Virus record (IMG/VR): IMGVR_UViG_3300027770_000029
Reading direction: 5' to 3' (one strand)
Length of the DNA stretch: 64,000 bases
Source of the DNA: a virus
Under the pieces are notes generated by a model. The model saw only the letters and a list, made by a program, of their open reading frames with translations. It had not been told where the DNA came from and did not search any database. The position numbers and the translations under genes are program-made. Shown here in pieces: positions 1-9,303 of this stretch. The stretch's first letter is position 1, and every line of letters starts with the position of its first letter.

Positions 1-129
1 GGACTCTGGATCGCCGACGGCACACACAGGACCTGGAAGGCCCGGGAGCTCGGGCGACGTTCGATCAACGGATGGATCCTCGACTGGGAGGAGATCCTCG
101 ACGTTGAGCACGGTCCGCCTCGACGTTGA
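1..129 (+). CDS. 5'-truncated ORF (GLWIADGTHRTWKARELG...), possibly ParB-N-like
   Basis: Frame-1 translation to TGA at 127-129; DGxHR motif; ends inside a 22-nt tandem duplication. Confidence 0.35.
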   Translation, partial: GLWIADGTHRTWKARELGRRSINGWILDWEEILDVEHGPPRR

Positions 130-140
130 GCACGGTCCGC
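97..140 (+). repeat. Perfect 22-nt tandem duplication CTCGACGTTGAGCACGGTCCGC x2
   Basis: 97-118 equals 119-140. Confidence 0.9.
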
Positions 141-298
141 CAGGCCCAGAGTCGGCAACAAGCCCGTACTGAAGCCCGCCGACGGCCGTAAACAAAAAGG
201 TCAAGTGCTGGGCAATGTACGTTCGTCCGCCCTGATCCCGCTTCCGCTTCCGCTCCCTCCCCTCCATACTTAAAGGAAGAGGTATCAGGAGGCAGGAA

Positions 299-577
299 AT
301 GGCGCCCGCGGACGGTCAAAAAACAAATCCTCCCGCATCGGGTGATCTCATAATAGCAAGCGATGGGACTCCCCTCATTGTCCTCGGTCTACCGGATACG
401 ACAGGGGAGGATGAGAGGTTCGGTAGGCTGCTCGATGGGGTGATAGTCGTCCTGACACCGGATGGGACACCCTCGCTCCACCTCGTAAGCATGCCTCCAG
501 GGAGGAAGCCGTTCCTATCACCATGGGACTCGGGCTGGATCCCACTCCCGTGCAACCCGGCTCCCCATATGGTATGA
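299..577 (+). CDS. Hypothetical protein, GDL/SH3-like family
   Basis: GGAGG SD; 'SGDLII' motif. Confidence 0.6.
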   Translation: MAPADGQKTNPPASGDLIIASDGTPLIVLGLPDTTGEDERFGRLLDGVIVVLTPDGTPSLHLVSMPPGRKPFLSPWDSGWIPLPCNPAPHMV

Positions 578-584
578 TCGGTCC

Positions 585-908
585 ATGGACAGCACCCAAC
601 CCAGCACCACACTCGGCTCCCCCATCCCGCTCCTCCCCGGCGACCTTGTCCTCCTCCAGCAGAGGGAGAGGTACATCCCGGGAGCCCTCCGCCAGAGTCC
701 CGCGACCCTTGCCTCCGCCCTTGCCCGGGTCCCGATCTGGCGCCGTCCGGGGGGAAGCTACGACCACCTGCCGAGCGGCACCCTCGCGATGCTCGTCCGA
801 CCCGGCGGCGGCGTGGACATGGCGGCACGCTGGGAGATCATGCTCGCAGGGGGTGAGATCGTCTTCTGCTACGCGATCCACATTGACCTCGTCCCGAATG
901 CCCCATAA
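585..908 (+). CDS. Hypothetical protein, probably leaderless, GDLV family
   Basis: ATG 7 nt after -10 TATGAT, no SD; 'PGDLVL'. Confidence 0.6.
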   Translation: MDSTQPSTTLGSPIPLLPGDLVLLQQRERYIPGALRQSPATLASALARVPIWRRPGGSYDHLPSGTLAMLVRPGGGVDMAARWEIMLAGGEIVFCYAIHIDLVPNAP

Positions 909-930
909 GTGTGTCATCGATGTCACACTT
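907..930. promoter_or_regulatory. Palindromic operator-like site AAGTGTG(A/T)CA-N4-TG(T/A)CAC
   Basis: AAGTGTGTCA TCGA TGTCACACTT; related copies at 14418, 17956, 25306, 27914. Confidence 0.55.
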
Positions 931-1937
931 GTGCCCCCACCCGCACAGGGGATGGGGACAAGCGGACCATCGCCGGCGCCCGTGGCAGGGGGCGGGCTCT
1001 GCCCGCCCCGCCACGCAGATTCACACCGCGCCCTGTTGCCCTGCCCACCGCTCGGGCTCCGCCAAACCCCCTGTGAGACACCGCCGCGCTCTCCGAGAAT
1101 CGTTGCCCACAGCGCGCCCCGGCAGCCCTTCGTGACAGTCGGTGTGTCACATATCTCCCCCTGTAACGTGACACTCGGAGCGCCCGCCTCTGTAACCCCA
1201 ACTCCCTGTCACACTGCTCCCTCTCTACTCCGGGATACCCCACCCTGAGCACGCCCAACCCTCCGTGCTGCGGCTCCCCTGGATGATTTTTCTTTCTCCC
1301 GGCGCTGCACATCGGCTCCGAGCGCCATATATTTCATTGTGGACCGCCGCGGCTCTCCGTCGCCCGGGCCCTCCGAGACCCTCACATCCCATTCCGAGCC
1401 CCGTCCCCCTTCACTGACAATGGGCCGAGTCTAAGGGAACAGGGGATCTCGGAGCGCCAGGGTGAACTCCGAGCACGGGCCAGGTCCACGAGGACCGGGA
1501 TTCCCTCCGAGACCGGCACCTCGTCCCTGGGAGGAACCCCGCACCACGAAGATCACCATCCCCGAGAAGAGGCACAGGGTCCCAGAGACCCCAGGACCGT
1601 GAGGGGGCCGGCGGCATCGAGGAGCAAGACATCGCTGATCCATGAACGCTGAGGACGGCTCCTGACATCCTGTCACGGGTCCGGCAACCCCGGCGTGTCA
1701 AGTTGTCCCGGGGGCCCGCCTCCTGCCAACCTGTCACGACCCTGGACGGCCGGCCTGACAAGTTGTCACGCCACCCCGGCGGCCTCGCTGCGCTCGCCTC
1801 CCGGATGGACGGTCCAGGGGTGGGACCTTGCCTTATATATAGCGCCTCCTGCAGGCCGGTCGGACCCCCCTCACCGGGCGGGCAGGCGTGCAACCCCGAG
1901 CGGGCCATGGTATAGTGAACACATGATGGAGGGCGAC

Positions 1938-2147
1938 ATGAAGGTAGGTGATCTCGTCAGGGTGGCCCAACGCTTCTCCGGAAACTGGGCCGAGCGGGTC
2001 CCGGTCTTCAACGATGGATCAGCCGCCCACGGCGTCGTGATGGAGTTCTCCTCATTTGGATGCGACACCCTCGTCCTCATCGACGGGCATCCCACCTGGG
2101 TAGTCCTCAGGAACCTGGAGGCCGTCAATGAATCCGAAGGTCGGTGA
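1938..2147 (+). CDS. SH3/KOW-like mini-protein (MKVGDLVRV)
   Basis: Promoter 1888, SD, GDLV motif. Confidence 0.75.
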   Translation: MKVGDLVRVAQRFSGNWAERVPVFNDGSAAHGVVMEFSSFGCDTLVLIDGHPTWVVLRNLEAVNESEGR

Positions 2148-2343
2148 GCTCTGGCGGTCACCCGGATGGATCATGGTCGGCGCCGGCATATGGATCCATC
2201 CGGGCACCCTCCTCCTCATCGTTGAGCGCGACATGGTCGACACCGACACCGGCGATGGTGAGAGCCGGGTGGTCTGGGAGGGCGGGTCCGGATGGATCTC
2301 CGACCTCTGCATTCGGTGGGAGCGCGTCGATGCAGCCGGGTGA
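2128..2343 (+). CDS. SH3-like mini-protein (MNPKVGELW)
   Basis: Overlapping chain of paralog-like ORFs. Confidence 0.7.
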   Translation: MNPKVGELWRSPGWIMVGAGIWIHPGTLLLIVERDMVDTDTGDGESRVVWEGGSGWISDLCIRWERVDAAG

Positions 2344-2566
2344 TCTCGTCCGGGTGATGGACCCATCGGGCCGTCCGGTCATCGGGGCCTGGTTCAACTC
2401 GGATAACCACTGGCGGTCGGTTGACATCGAGGGCGGCTCCCTGGCGATGGTCGTGGAGCATGATGTCGTCGGCGCGCAGATGAGGGTCCTTGTTCACAGC
2501 AGGTCGGTCTGGGTCCGGGCGGAGTTCGTGCAACCGGCGGGTGGGGATGGTATACTGGCATCATAA
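2330..2566 (+). CDS. SH3-like mini-protein (MQPGDLVRV)
   Basis: ATG 2330 in frame with track ORF 2144..2566. Confidence 0.75.
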   Translation: MQPGDLVRVMDPSGRPVIGAWFNSDNHWRSVDIEGGSLAMVVEHDVVGAQMRVLVHSRSVWVRAEFVQPAGGDGILAS

Positions 2567-2576
2567 GGAGGGCGAC

Positions 2577-2810
2577 ATGGCATACGGACGGCTTCCCTGG
2601 ATCGGGGACATCTGGAGTCCCACCCACCCCGGCGCGGTTCGGGGCAATGCCCGGTGCCCTGAGGGTACGCACGTCCTCGTCATCGGTCGCCACTTCGACC
2701 ACAAGGTGCTCGACTGGGTCTCGACCGTCACCTGGGCTGGCAACGTTGGGACGATCCCGGACCGGACCGGTTACTTCGTGCCCGTCAGCTTTGCGGAGCG
2801 TGGTCAATGA
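2577..2810 (+). CDS. Hypothetical protein (MAYGRLPWIGDIW)
   Basis: Promoter 2528 plus SD. Confidence 0.7.
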   Translation: MAYGRLPWIGDIWSPTHPGAVRGNARCPEGTHVLVIGRHFDHKVLDWVSTVTWAGNVGTIPDRTGYFVPVSFAERGQ

Positions 2811-2962
2811 GGCCGGGTGATCTCGCCAGACGGATCGTCAGGGAGGATGAGCCGCTCGCGGTCGTGCTCCGGATCTACGGCGACGAGGTTGAGATCCTCA
2901 CCGACACCGGGGAGACCAAGTGGGTGTACTACGATGCTCTGGAGCCCGTCGATGAACTTTGA
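2807..2962 (+). CDS. 51-aa SH3-like mini-protein (MRPGDLARRIV)
   Basis: ATGA overlap, manual translation, below track length cut-off. Confidence 0.7.
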   Translation: MRPGDLARRIVREDEPLAVVLRIYGDEVEILTDTGETKWVYYDALEPVDEL

Positions 2963-3212
2963 TCGTGGTGACCTTGTCAGGGTGATCCACCCATGGAGCG
3001 CCCACGTCACGCTGGAGACCCACGCGGCGCTCGCGGCCCCGGACGCGGACGGCGGATTCTGGGGCATGAAGGACGGTAAGGAGTTCTTCATCAAGTCCGG
3101 CTCCCTGGGCACCGTCCTCGAGGACGGGAGGTGGCGCGTCCTTGTCACCTTCGGGGATCGGACCTGCTGGCTCGATGATCTCTCGCTGGAGCGTATCAAT
3201 GAAGCCGGGTGA
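2952..3212 (+). CDS. SH3-like mini-protein (MNFDRGDLVRV)
   Basis: Overlap with previous stop, GDLV. Confidence 0.75.
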   Translation: MNFDRGDLVRVIHPWSAHVTLETHAALAAPDADGGFWGMKDGKEFFIKSGSLGTVLEDGRWRVLVTFGDRTCWLDDLSLERINEAG

Positions 3213-3486
3213 TCTCGTCACCGTCAGGAAACCCACCGTGCCTTGGATCGTCGACCAGCCCCTCCACGACATGCCCTATCAGGATGGGCGGAAATGGGCT
3301 CGGTGGCTGACGGAGAACTGGGAGAAGAAGCCCGTGGTCATCACCTCGACCACGGGACTGGAGGGGGTCCGTGAGGAGATGCTGGAGACCCTGCGGAAGG
3401 GAGGATTCAAGGCGATCATCAACCCGGCGGATCACGCCGGCTGCGAGATCGAGTGGCTCAGCTGGATGAAGGGTGCGCTGGCGTGA
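3199..3486 (+). CDS. Hypothetical protein (MKPGDLVTV)
   Basis: GDLV start, overlap. Confidence 0.75.
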   Translation: MKPGDLVTVRKPTVPWIVDQPLHDMPYQDGRKWARWLTENWEKKPVVITSTTGLEGVREEMLETLRKGGFKAIINPADHAGCEIEWLSWMKGALA

Positions 3487-3812
3487 CCTTCCTCGATAAT
3501 CTCCAGTCCCACAAGGGTGGCCTCATCAAGCTGAAGACCCAGCTCTACTGGAATGATGGTCGAGGTTGGGACAACAATCCCGGCCGGATCTGCCTCCTCC
3601 TGGATGCCGAAGCCGTCACGACCTTCACCGGCACCGCCGCCGCCGCCGGGATCACCGTCAGCACCGTGACCGCCAGCGCCGCGGTGCCCGACTACGCGCG
3701 CATCGCCGCTGCCCTCCTCCTCGTCGACGGGGCTCCTCACTGGATCTGGGTCGGCGCTGACGACCTGGAGCTCCTGCAGCCCGGGTGCAACCCCTCGGGT
3801 GGGGTGGTATAG
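3483..3812 (+). CDS. Hypothetical protein
   Basis: GTGA overlap, phage-like codon usage. Confidence 0.65.
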   Translation: MTFLDNLQSHKGGLIKLKTQLYWNDGRGWDNNPGRICLLLDAEAVTTFTGTAAAAGITVSTVTASAAVPDYARIAAALLLVDGAPHWIWVGADDLELLQPGCNPSGGVV

Positions 3813-3819
3813 TGGACAC

Positions 3820-4008
3820 ATGATGGAGAGTGGCGTGAAACCTGGTGATCTCATCCAACTCAACAAGAACGTCTTCGGCGGCGGCGACATCGGGATGGTG
3901 CTCGGTCCCCACCCACTCGGTGGTGGATGCCTTGAGGTACTGTTCAATGACAGGCGCCGCCAGGTCCACCCTTCGAACGTCCAGAAGCTCAACGGGAGGA
4001 AGCCATGA
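3820..4008 (+). CDS. SH3-like mini-protein (VKPGDLIQL)
   Basis: Promoter 3785; clear paralog of 4005..4202. Confidence 0.75.
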   Translation: MMESGVKPGDLIQLNKNVFGGGDIGMVLGPHPLGGGCLEVLFNDRRRQVHPSNVQKLNGRKP

Positions 4009-4202
4009 ATCCCGGTGATCTCGTCCAGATCAGGAAGGGTGTCGACGGGCAGGGAGAGGTCGGGATCGTGATCGGTCCTGCCACCGGCCCGTCGTGGCTC
4101 ATGCGCGCCGGATGCCTGGACGTCCTGTTCCATGAAGGCATCCGACACGTCCACCCCTCGAACATCCAGGCGCCCGACGGGCGGACCAAACCCCGACGGT
4201 AG
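4005..4202 (+). CDS. SH3-like mini-protein (MNPGDLVQI)
   Basis: Shares G.V+GP...GCL.VLF......VHPSN+Q with previous ORF. Confidence 0.8.
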   Translation: MNPGDLVQIRKGVDGQGEVGIVIGPATGPSWLMRAGCLDVLFHEGIRHVHPSNIQAPDGRTKPRR

Positions 4203-4273
4203 GAACCGCCTGCGGCAAGTGTGCAACCCCTGGCAGGCTATGGTATAGTGTATCCACAACGGAGGAATCAATC

Positions 4274-4744
4274 ATGAAGTTCAGCGTCGACCAGCACGTC
4301 ATCATGAAGGGCCAGGGCCCGCTTTCGGGTCGCCGGCGTGTGATCATCGGGATCCTCGACCCCGGATACTACACCGTCGCCCGTCCTGACAATGTGGCGG
4401 AGAGCTGTCACATTGCCCACGAGAGCAACCTCATCCCCGAGGAGCCCGTGCAACCGGCGGGGCAGCATGGTAAGATCGAAACACAACCGGAGCGGATCAT
4501 GAAGAACGAGACCACCCACGACCTGCTCGACCGCGCGATGTGCAACGAGGCCCTCGCCTTCCTGCGTCAGATCTCCGCGCTCGAGAACGACGACCTCTGG
4601 GCTTTCGCCCGCCTCATCGCGGAGACGAAGCTGCCCGCCTGGACCACCCGCACGACCCTCGGCGATGTCTTCCACACGGCGAAGAGCATGGTCGTCCTTG
4701 AGGACGCCCAGAGCATGATCTACAACTTCAACGAAGGGGAGTGA
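4274..4744 (+). CDS. Hypothetical protein with internal promoter and second start at 4499
   Basis: Promoters at 4221 and 4448, both with SD. Confidence 0.7.
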   Translation: MKFSVDQHVIMKGQGPLSGRRRVIIGILDPGYYTVARPDNVAESCHIAHESNLIPEEPVQPAGQHGKIETQPERIMKNETTHDLLDRAMCNEALAFLRQISALENDDLWAFARLIAETKLPAWTTRTTLGDVFHTAKSMVVLEDAQSMIYNFNEGE

Positions 4745-4747
4745 ACC

Positions 4748-5092
4748 ATGAGCACCCGCTCAACGATCGGATACGAGACCGCTGACGGCGGATATGTCGG
4801 GGTCTACTGCCACTTCGACGGCTACCCCAGCAACATCGGGCCGTCCCTCCATGAGATGCTCCACGCCGATGTGGTCATCATGGTGGAGAAGGCTCTCCGT
4901 CGGGGCGGCATGCGCTGCCTCAACGGTCCCGGTGAATTCGAGGTTTACAACGAGCGCTCGGAGCGTGAGCACTGGCTCCACGACGCCTGGCCCGAGCGCA
5001 ATGAGGACTACGCCTACCGGAAGTGCCTCGATGGGCGGGTCGAGTACATCGACAGCAGTGACACCGTCTGGGAGTGGAAGCCGAAGGGCTGA
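4748..5092 (+). CDS. Conserved phage protein (MSTRS...YCHxDGYP family)
   Basis: Recognisable YCHFDGYP motif. Confidence 0.75.
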   Translation: MSTRSTIGYETADGGYVGVYCHFDGYPSNIGPSLHEMLHADVVIMVEKALRRGGMRCLNGPGEFEVYNERSEREHWLHDAWPERNEDYAYRKCLDGRVEYIDSSDTVWEWKPKG

Positions 5093-5158
5093 GGCTCCGA
5101 CGGCAGGCATGCAAAGGCCGGCGGTCCATGGTATAGTGTATCCACAACGGAGGAAGGA

Positions 5159-5812
5159 ATGGCAACTGAACGTAACCCCAGCTTTGGACTCACCGACGCC
5201 CATGTCGATGACATCGTGGATCGCCTGCTTCGCGGCAAGTACGAGAAGCACCGACCCGTCGAGGACATCGAGGTCATCCGCGCCGGCTTCATCCGCCCGG
5301 AGCACGCCCGTGACTACGTCGTTGCCCGCTGGGGTCAACGTCCCAACTGGAGCAAGGATCGCGGTGTCGGGCTCTCCTCCGCGGGGGTCACGATGCGGAG
5401 CAACAAGCTCTGGGACCGGTGCTCGAGCTCCGTGCAGCGTGTGAAGAACGGCTCCGTCGACGCTCCCGATTTCGTCTGGAAGGTCACCGATGGTCGGACC
5501 TACGAAACGGTCTGCTACGCAACGGGCTCGGCGCAGTCCGCCAAGCAGTGGGCCTTCACCCTCTTCGGTTGGACCCTCCGTGAGGGCATCCGGATCGAGG
5601 AGCTCCGGACGGAGCTCGCTGGGTGCGGTGGTGAGATCGCGGCCTCGATCGCCAACATGTCGATGCTGAAGAACCTCAGCGATCAGATCGAGAGCCTCGA
5701 GAACCGAGCGGCTCGGTACACCGCCGACGCTGAGAAGCTCCGGCTCCTCCATGGCACCATCTCCTCGGCGGCGGCCCACCTCGCCGGGGGAACCGGTGCA
5801 ACGGCCGGCTGA
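5159..5812 (+). CDS. Hypothetical protein, 217 aa
   Basis: Promoter 5109, SD, C-terminal coiled coil. Confidence 0.75.
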   Translation: MATERNPSFGLTDAHVDDIVDRLLRGKYEKHRPVEDIEVIRAGFIRPEHARDYVVARWGQRPNWSKDRGVGLSSAGVTMRSNKLWDRCSSSVQRVKNGSVDAPDFVWKVTDGRTYETVCYATGSAQSAKQWAFTLFGWTLREGIRIEELRTELAGCGGEIAASIANMSMLKNLSDQIESLENRAARYTADAEKLRLLHGTISSAAAHLAGGTGATAG

Positions 5813-5975
5813 CCGTGGTATAGTCTTCTTGTTGGTGCGGAGGTTGGAACCCTCCGGCACCAACCGGCCGGTCCGGTCCAAACGGGTTTCATGCAAAGGC
5901 CGGACCGGCATGGTATAACTAGAATGTTGGTGCGGAACGCCAACGGAAACAACAACAACGGAACGGAGTTCAATC

Positions 5976-7061
5976 ATGGCTGCCTCGAATCCCATCGACT
6001 TCGCGACCCTCAACATCGTGCTGCAGTTCGTCAAGGACGCGGTGCTCCTTCGCGGCCCTCACGGCATCGGCAAGAGCGCTGTCCCCGCCGCGGTCTCCAA
6101 GCGCACCGGCAAGCGCCTCCTCGACGTCCGCCTCTCCCTCTTCACGGAAGGCGACCTCGTCGGCGTCCCGAACCACGAGCTCATCAAGTCGACGGGGGTC
6201 ACCTCGTTCGCTCCCCCCGACTGGCTCCACGCGGCCTGCACTGAGCCCGTCATCCTCTTCCTGGACGAGATCAACCGTGCTACGCCGGGTGTCCAGAACT
6301 CCGCGTTCCAGCTCGTCCTCGACCGTGAGGTCAAGGGGTGGCGCCTCCACCCGGAGACCCTCGTCTTCGCGGCGATCAACGACAGCCCGGAGTACAACGT
6401 CAATGAGATGGATCCGGCTCTCCTGGACCGGTTCGTCACCTACGACCTCGTCCCCACCCACAAGGACTGGCTCACCTGGGCGGTCAGTGAGGGTCTCGAC
6501 GAGCTCATCGTGGACTTCATCCGCCAGCACCCCGAGCACCTTCGCCCGACGAAGGCGGTCGAGCCCGGATCGATCACGCCGACCCAGCGAAGCTGGGCCC
6601 GCCTGGCCCGGACGCTGATGGACAACGGCCTGGCTCCGAGCCAGCATGGTGGCTCCGACAAGGACTCGCTGCCCGCCGGCTTCTACGCGATCGCGATGGG
6701 CTACGTTGGTGCACCGACTGCGATCGCCTTCGTCAACTTCATCAAGGAGTACGACTCGGTGATCTCGGCCGAGGACATCGTGGACCGCTGGAAGAGCTTC
6801 GAGAAGAAGGTCGCCAAGCTGCCCGCCGAGAAGGTCCTGGCGATCATCGAGAAGGTTGGCAACCTCTGCAAGGAGAAGGAGCTCACCCTCACTCAGATCC
6901 AGAATCTCGGTGCCTTCGGCCAGGCCGTCAGCGGCGAGCAGGTCATGGCCCTCTGGTCCTCGGTGAGCTCCGGGAAGCAGGCCAACACCGTGAAGTTCCA
7001 CAAGTTCATCCAGCCCCGAATCCTCGAGGTCGCAACAAAGGCTAATGGCGTCAAGAAATGA
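5976..7061 (+). CDS. MoxR-like AAA+ ATPase
   Basis: Walker A GPHGIGKS, Walker B LFLDEINR, MDPALLDRF. Confidence 0.92.
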   Translation: MAASNPIDFATLNIVLQFVKDAVLLRGPHGIGKSAVPAAVSKRTGKRLLDVRLSLFTEGDLVGVPNHELIKSTGVTSFAPPDWLHAACTEPVILFLDEINRATPGVQNSAFQLVLDREVKGWRLHPETLVFAAINDSPEYNVNEMDPALLDRFVTYDLVPTHKDWLTWAVSEGLDELIVDFIRQHPEHLRPTKAVEPGSITPTQRSWARLARTLMDNGLAPSQHGGSDKDSLPAGFYAIAMGYVGAPTAIAFVNFIKEYDSVISAEDIVDRWKSFEKKVAKLPAEKVLAIIEKVGNLCKEKELTLTQIQNLGAFGQAVSGEQVMALWSSVSSGKQANTVKFHKFIQPRILEVATKANGVKK

Positions 7062-7398
7062 CATCTTCGGTGAGGGCACGCTCCTCCCTTCGGCGGGCCC
7101 AGTAAGCGCGGAGAGCCTTGGATCGCTTCTGATTGCTCTCCTCACTCTGGGCCCGCGTTCGTAGCTACTACTTTAGTCTCGGTCTGGGGGTGTTTGGAGG
7201 CAATCCCCGAGGGTTGGTGGGAGAAGGCCCACACCCCCAGACCCTTTCACTTTCGTGGACCGGCCCTTGAGCCCCGAGTCTTCCGTTCCGTTCCTCCGTT
7301 CCCTCGAGGCTCGGGCCGGTCCACCTTCTCCCCGACGCGTCCTGTGCAACCCCGCCGGCGCTATGGTATAGTCTACTTGAATGGAGGCAAGGAAACAA

Positions 7399-8784
7399 AT
7401 GGCAAAGGCAACCAAGACTCAGGGCACCGCGGGTACGACCCCCAACGTGGCAGCAACGAAGAAGGTCGTGGACCCCGTCCGTCTGCGCGACTTCGACATG
7501 GACAGCCACCTGGTGGCCCTCGCCTGGAACGAGTCGTTCTACGCGGACATCATCCGCTCGCTGACGAAGATCGAAACCGACGAGATCCCCACGGCGGGCG
7601 TCGTCCAGAAGGGCTCCGAGATCACCATGTGGTGGAACCGTGAGTTCTGCGCCGGCCTCTCCGACCGCCAGGTCCGAGGGCTCCTGAAGCATGAGAGCCT
7701 TCACCTCATCCTGCTTCACACGACGACCCGTCGATACGATCCTCACTGGGTCCACAACTGGGCCGCCGATCTCGCAATCAACTCGATGATCCCCGAGGAC
7801 GAGCTCCCTGAGGGTGGCCTCATCCCCGGACGCCCCTTCCCGAAGCTCACGGCAGAGCAGGCCGCCGAGCGCACCGAAGAGGAGATCGCCCGCCACGAGG
7901 CGCTCTCGAAGCTCATCGCCTCCTTCCCGAAGGGCGAGTCCACCGAGTGGTACTTCGGGAAGCTCATGGAGAACGAGACGGTCAAGGAGATGGAGGCCGA
8001 GCGTAAGAAGAGCGAGGAGGCCTTCAAGGAGATGATGGAGAAGCTCGCCGAAGCCATGGGTGGGGGTGACAGCCACGAGGGCTGGGGTGACTCCGAGAAT
8101 GTCAGCGAGGAGGACCGGCAGCTCGCCGAGGGCAAGGTCCGGCAGGTCCTCAAGGAGGCTTCCCAGAAGGCCGACCGTACGAACTCCTGGGGTACGGTGC
8201 CCTCCGAGATGCAGGCTGCCATCCGAAAGCTCGTGAGCGGTGAGATCCCCTGGCAAAGCGTTCTCCGACAGTTCGTCGGGTTCACCCACCGCCAGGATCG
8301 CCAGGAGACTTGGACCCGCTCCTCCAAGAAGGACCCGATGGGCCAGCCCGGAACTACGTACAACTACCTTCCGAGTATTGCGATCTTTGTCGATCAGTCC
8401 GGTTCGGTGCCGGACTCCTCACTTGAGCTCTTCTTCGGTGAGCTGGCATCGCTCTCCCGGAAGGCCACCTTCAAGGTCTACTACTTCGACACCGAGGTCG
8501 ACGTAAAGAACGGTTTCGTCTGGCGTCGGGGCTCGGCAGTCACCCCGAAGCGGACCCGGTGCGGTGGTACGGACTTCGAGGCACCGACCAAGTTTGCTGA
8601 TTCCCAGAAAGACATCGACGCTTTCATCATCCTCACTGACGGCGGTGCTCCGAAGCCGAGCTCTTCTCGGAAGCGGCGAGCTTGGATTCTCGATCCTGGA
8701 AACGAGCTCTACTTCAAGGATGTCGACAGCAAGGACGTCGTCATCAAGATGAAGCACCCTGAGAAGAAGTCCCAGGCCGCCTGA
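7399..8784 (+). CDS. Putative metallopeptidase plus VWA-like domain protein (DUF2201-type MoxR partner)
   Basis: HESLH (HExxH), NWAADLAIN, MIDAS-like DQSGS, GGTDF, ILTDG. Confidence 0.88.
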   Translation: MAKATKTQGTAGTTPNVAATKKVVDPVRLRDFDMDSHLVALAWNESFYADIIRSLTKIETDEIPTAGVVQKGSEITMWWNREFCAGLSDRQVRGLLKHESLHLILLHTTTRRYDPHWVHNWAADLAINSMIPEDELPEGGLIPGRPFPKLTAEQAAERTEEEIARHEALSKLIASFPKGESTEWYFGKLMENETVKEMEAERKKSEEAFKEMMEKLAEAMGGGDSHEGWGDSENVSEEDRQLAEGKVRQVLKEASQKADRTNSWGTVPSEMQAAIRKLVSGEIPWQSVLRQFVGFTHRQDRQETWTRSSKKDPMGQPGTTYNYLPSIAIFVDQSGSVPDSSLELFFGELASLSRKATFKVYYFDTEVDVKNGFVWRRGSAVTPKRTRCGGTDFEAPTKFADSQKDIDAFIILTDGGAPKPSSSRKRRAWILDPGNELYFKDVDSKDVVIKMKHPEKKSQAA

Positions 8785-9021
8785 GGGGCCGGTTGGGGCC
8801 GCCCGGGGGCCGGTGGAATGGGGCGCAAGCCCCACATATTCCACGGTTTCCTGGGCTTTCCTGGGTTCGGAGTCCGAGAAGAGGGCGCCAGGGCCCCCGA
8901 TTTGCGGTTAGGTGTGGGGTAACACACCCCGGGGCCCCAGAAGCCCACGCTGGCGGCCTTCCTGAAACCGTGCAATCCCGGGCCGGCTGTGGTATAACTG
9001 TATCATCAGGAGGAGGAAGGA

Positions 9022-9303
9022 ATGCCGAAGCCCGGTGTACGAATGCTGACTGACCGCCCGGTCGCTCGGAAGAAGCAGGGTCCCACGGTCCGCCTCGAGG
9101 TCGGCAAGGCCTACACGGCGCGGAAGGGGTCCTGGCTCCGAGTCCAGTTCGGTCTCGATGCGATCTACATGGTCACCCAGCTCCCACCCGTGGTGACAAC
9201 CTCGAGCATCGTCCAGGTGCTCGGACCCCGTGGCATCGCACTCTGCAATGCCGTTGATCTCCGACCCTGCGATGAGGTTCGCCTCGAGGAGGAAGAAGAA
9301 TGA
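9022..9303 (+). CDS. Hypothetical protein
   Basis: Promoter 8970 plus SD. Confidence 0.7.
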   Translation: MPKPGVRMLTDRPVARKKQGPTVRLEVGKAYTARKGSWLRVQFGLDAIYMVTQLPPVVTTSSIVQVLGPRGIALCNAVDLRPCDEVRLEEEEE

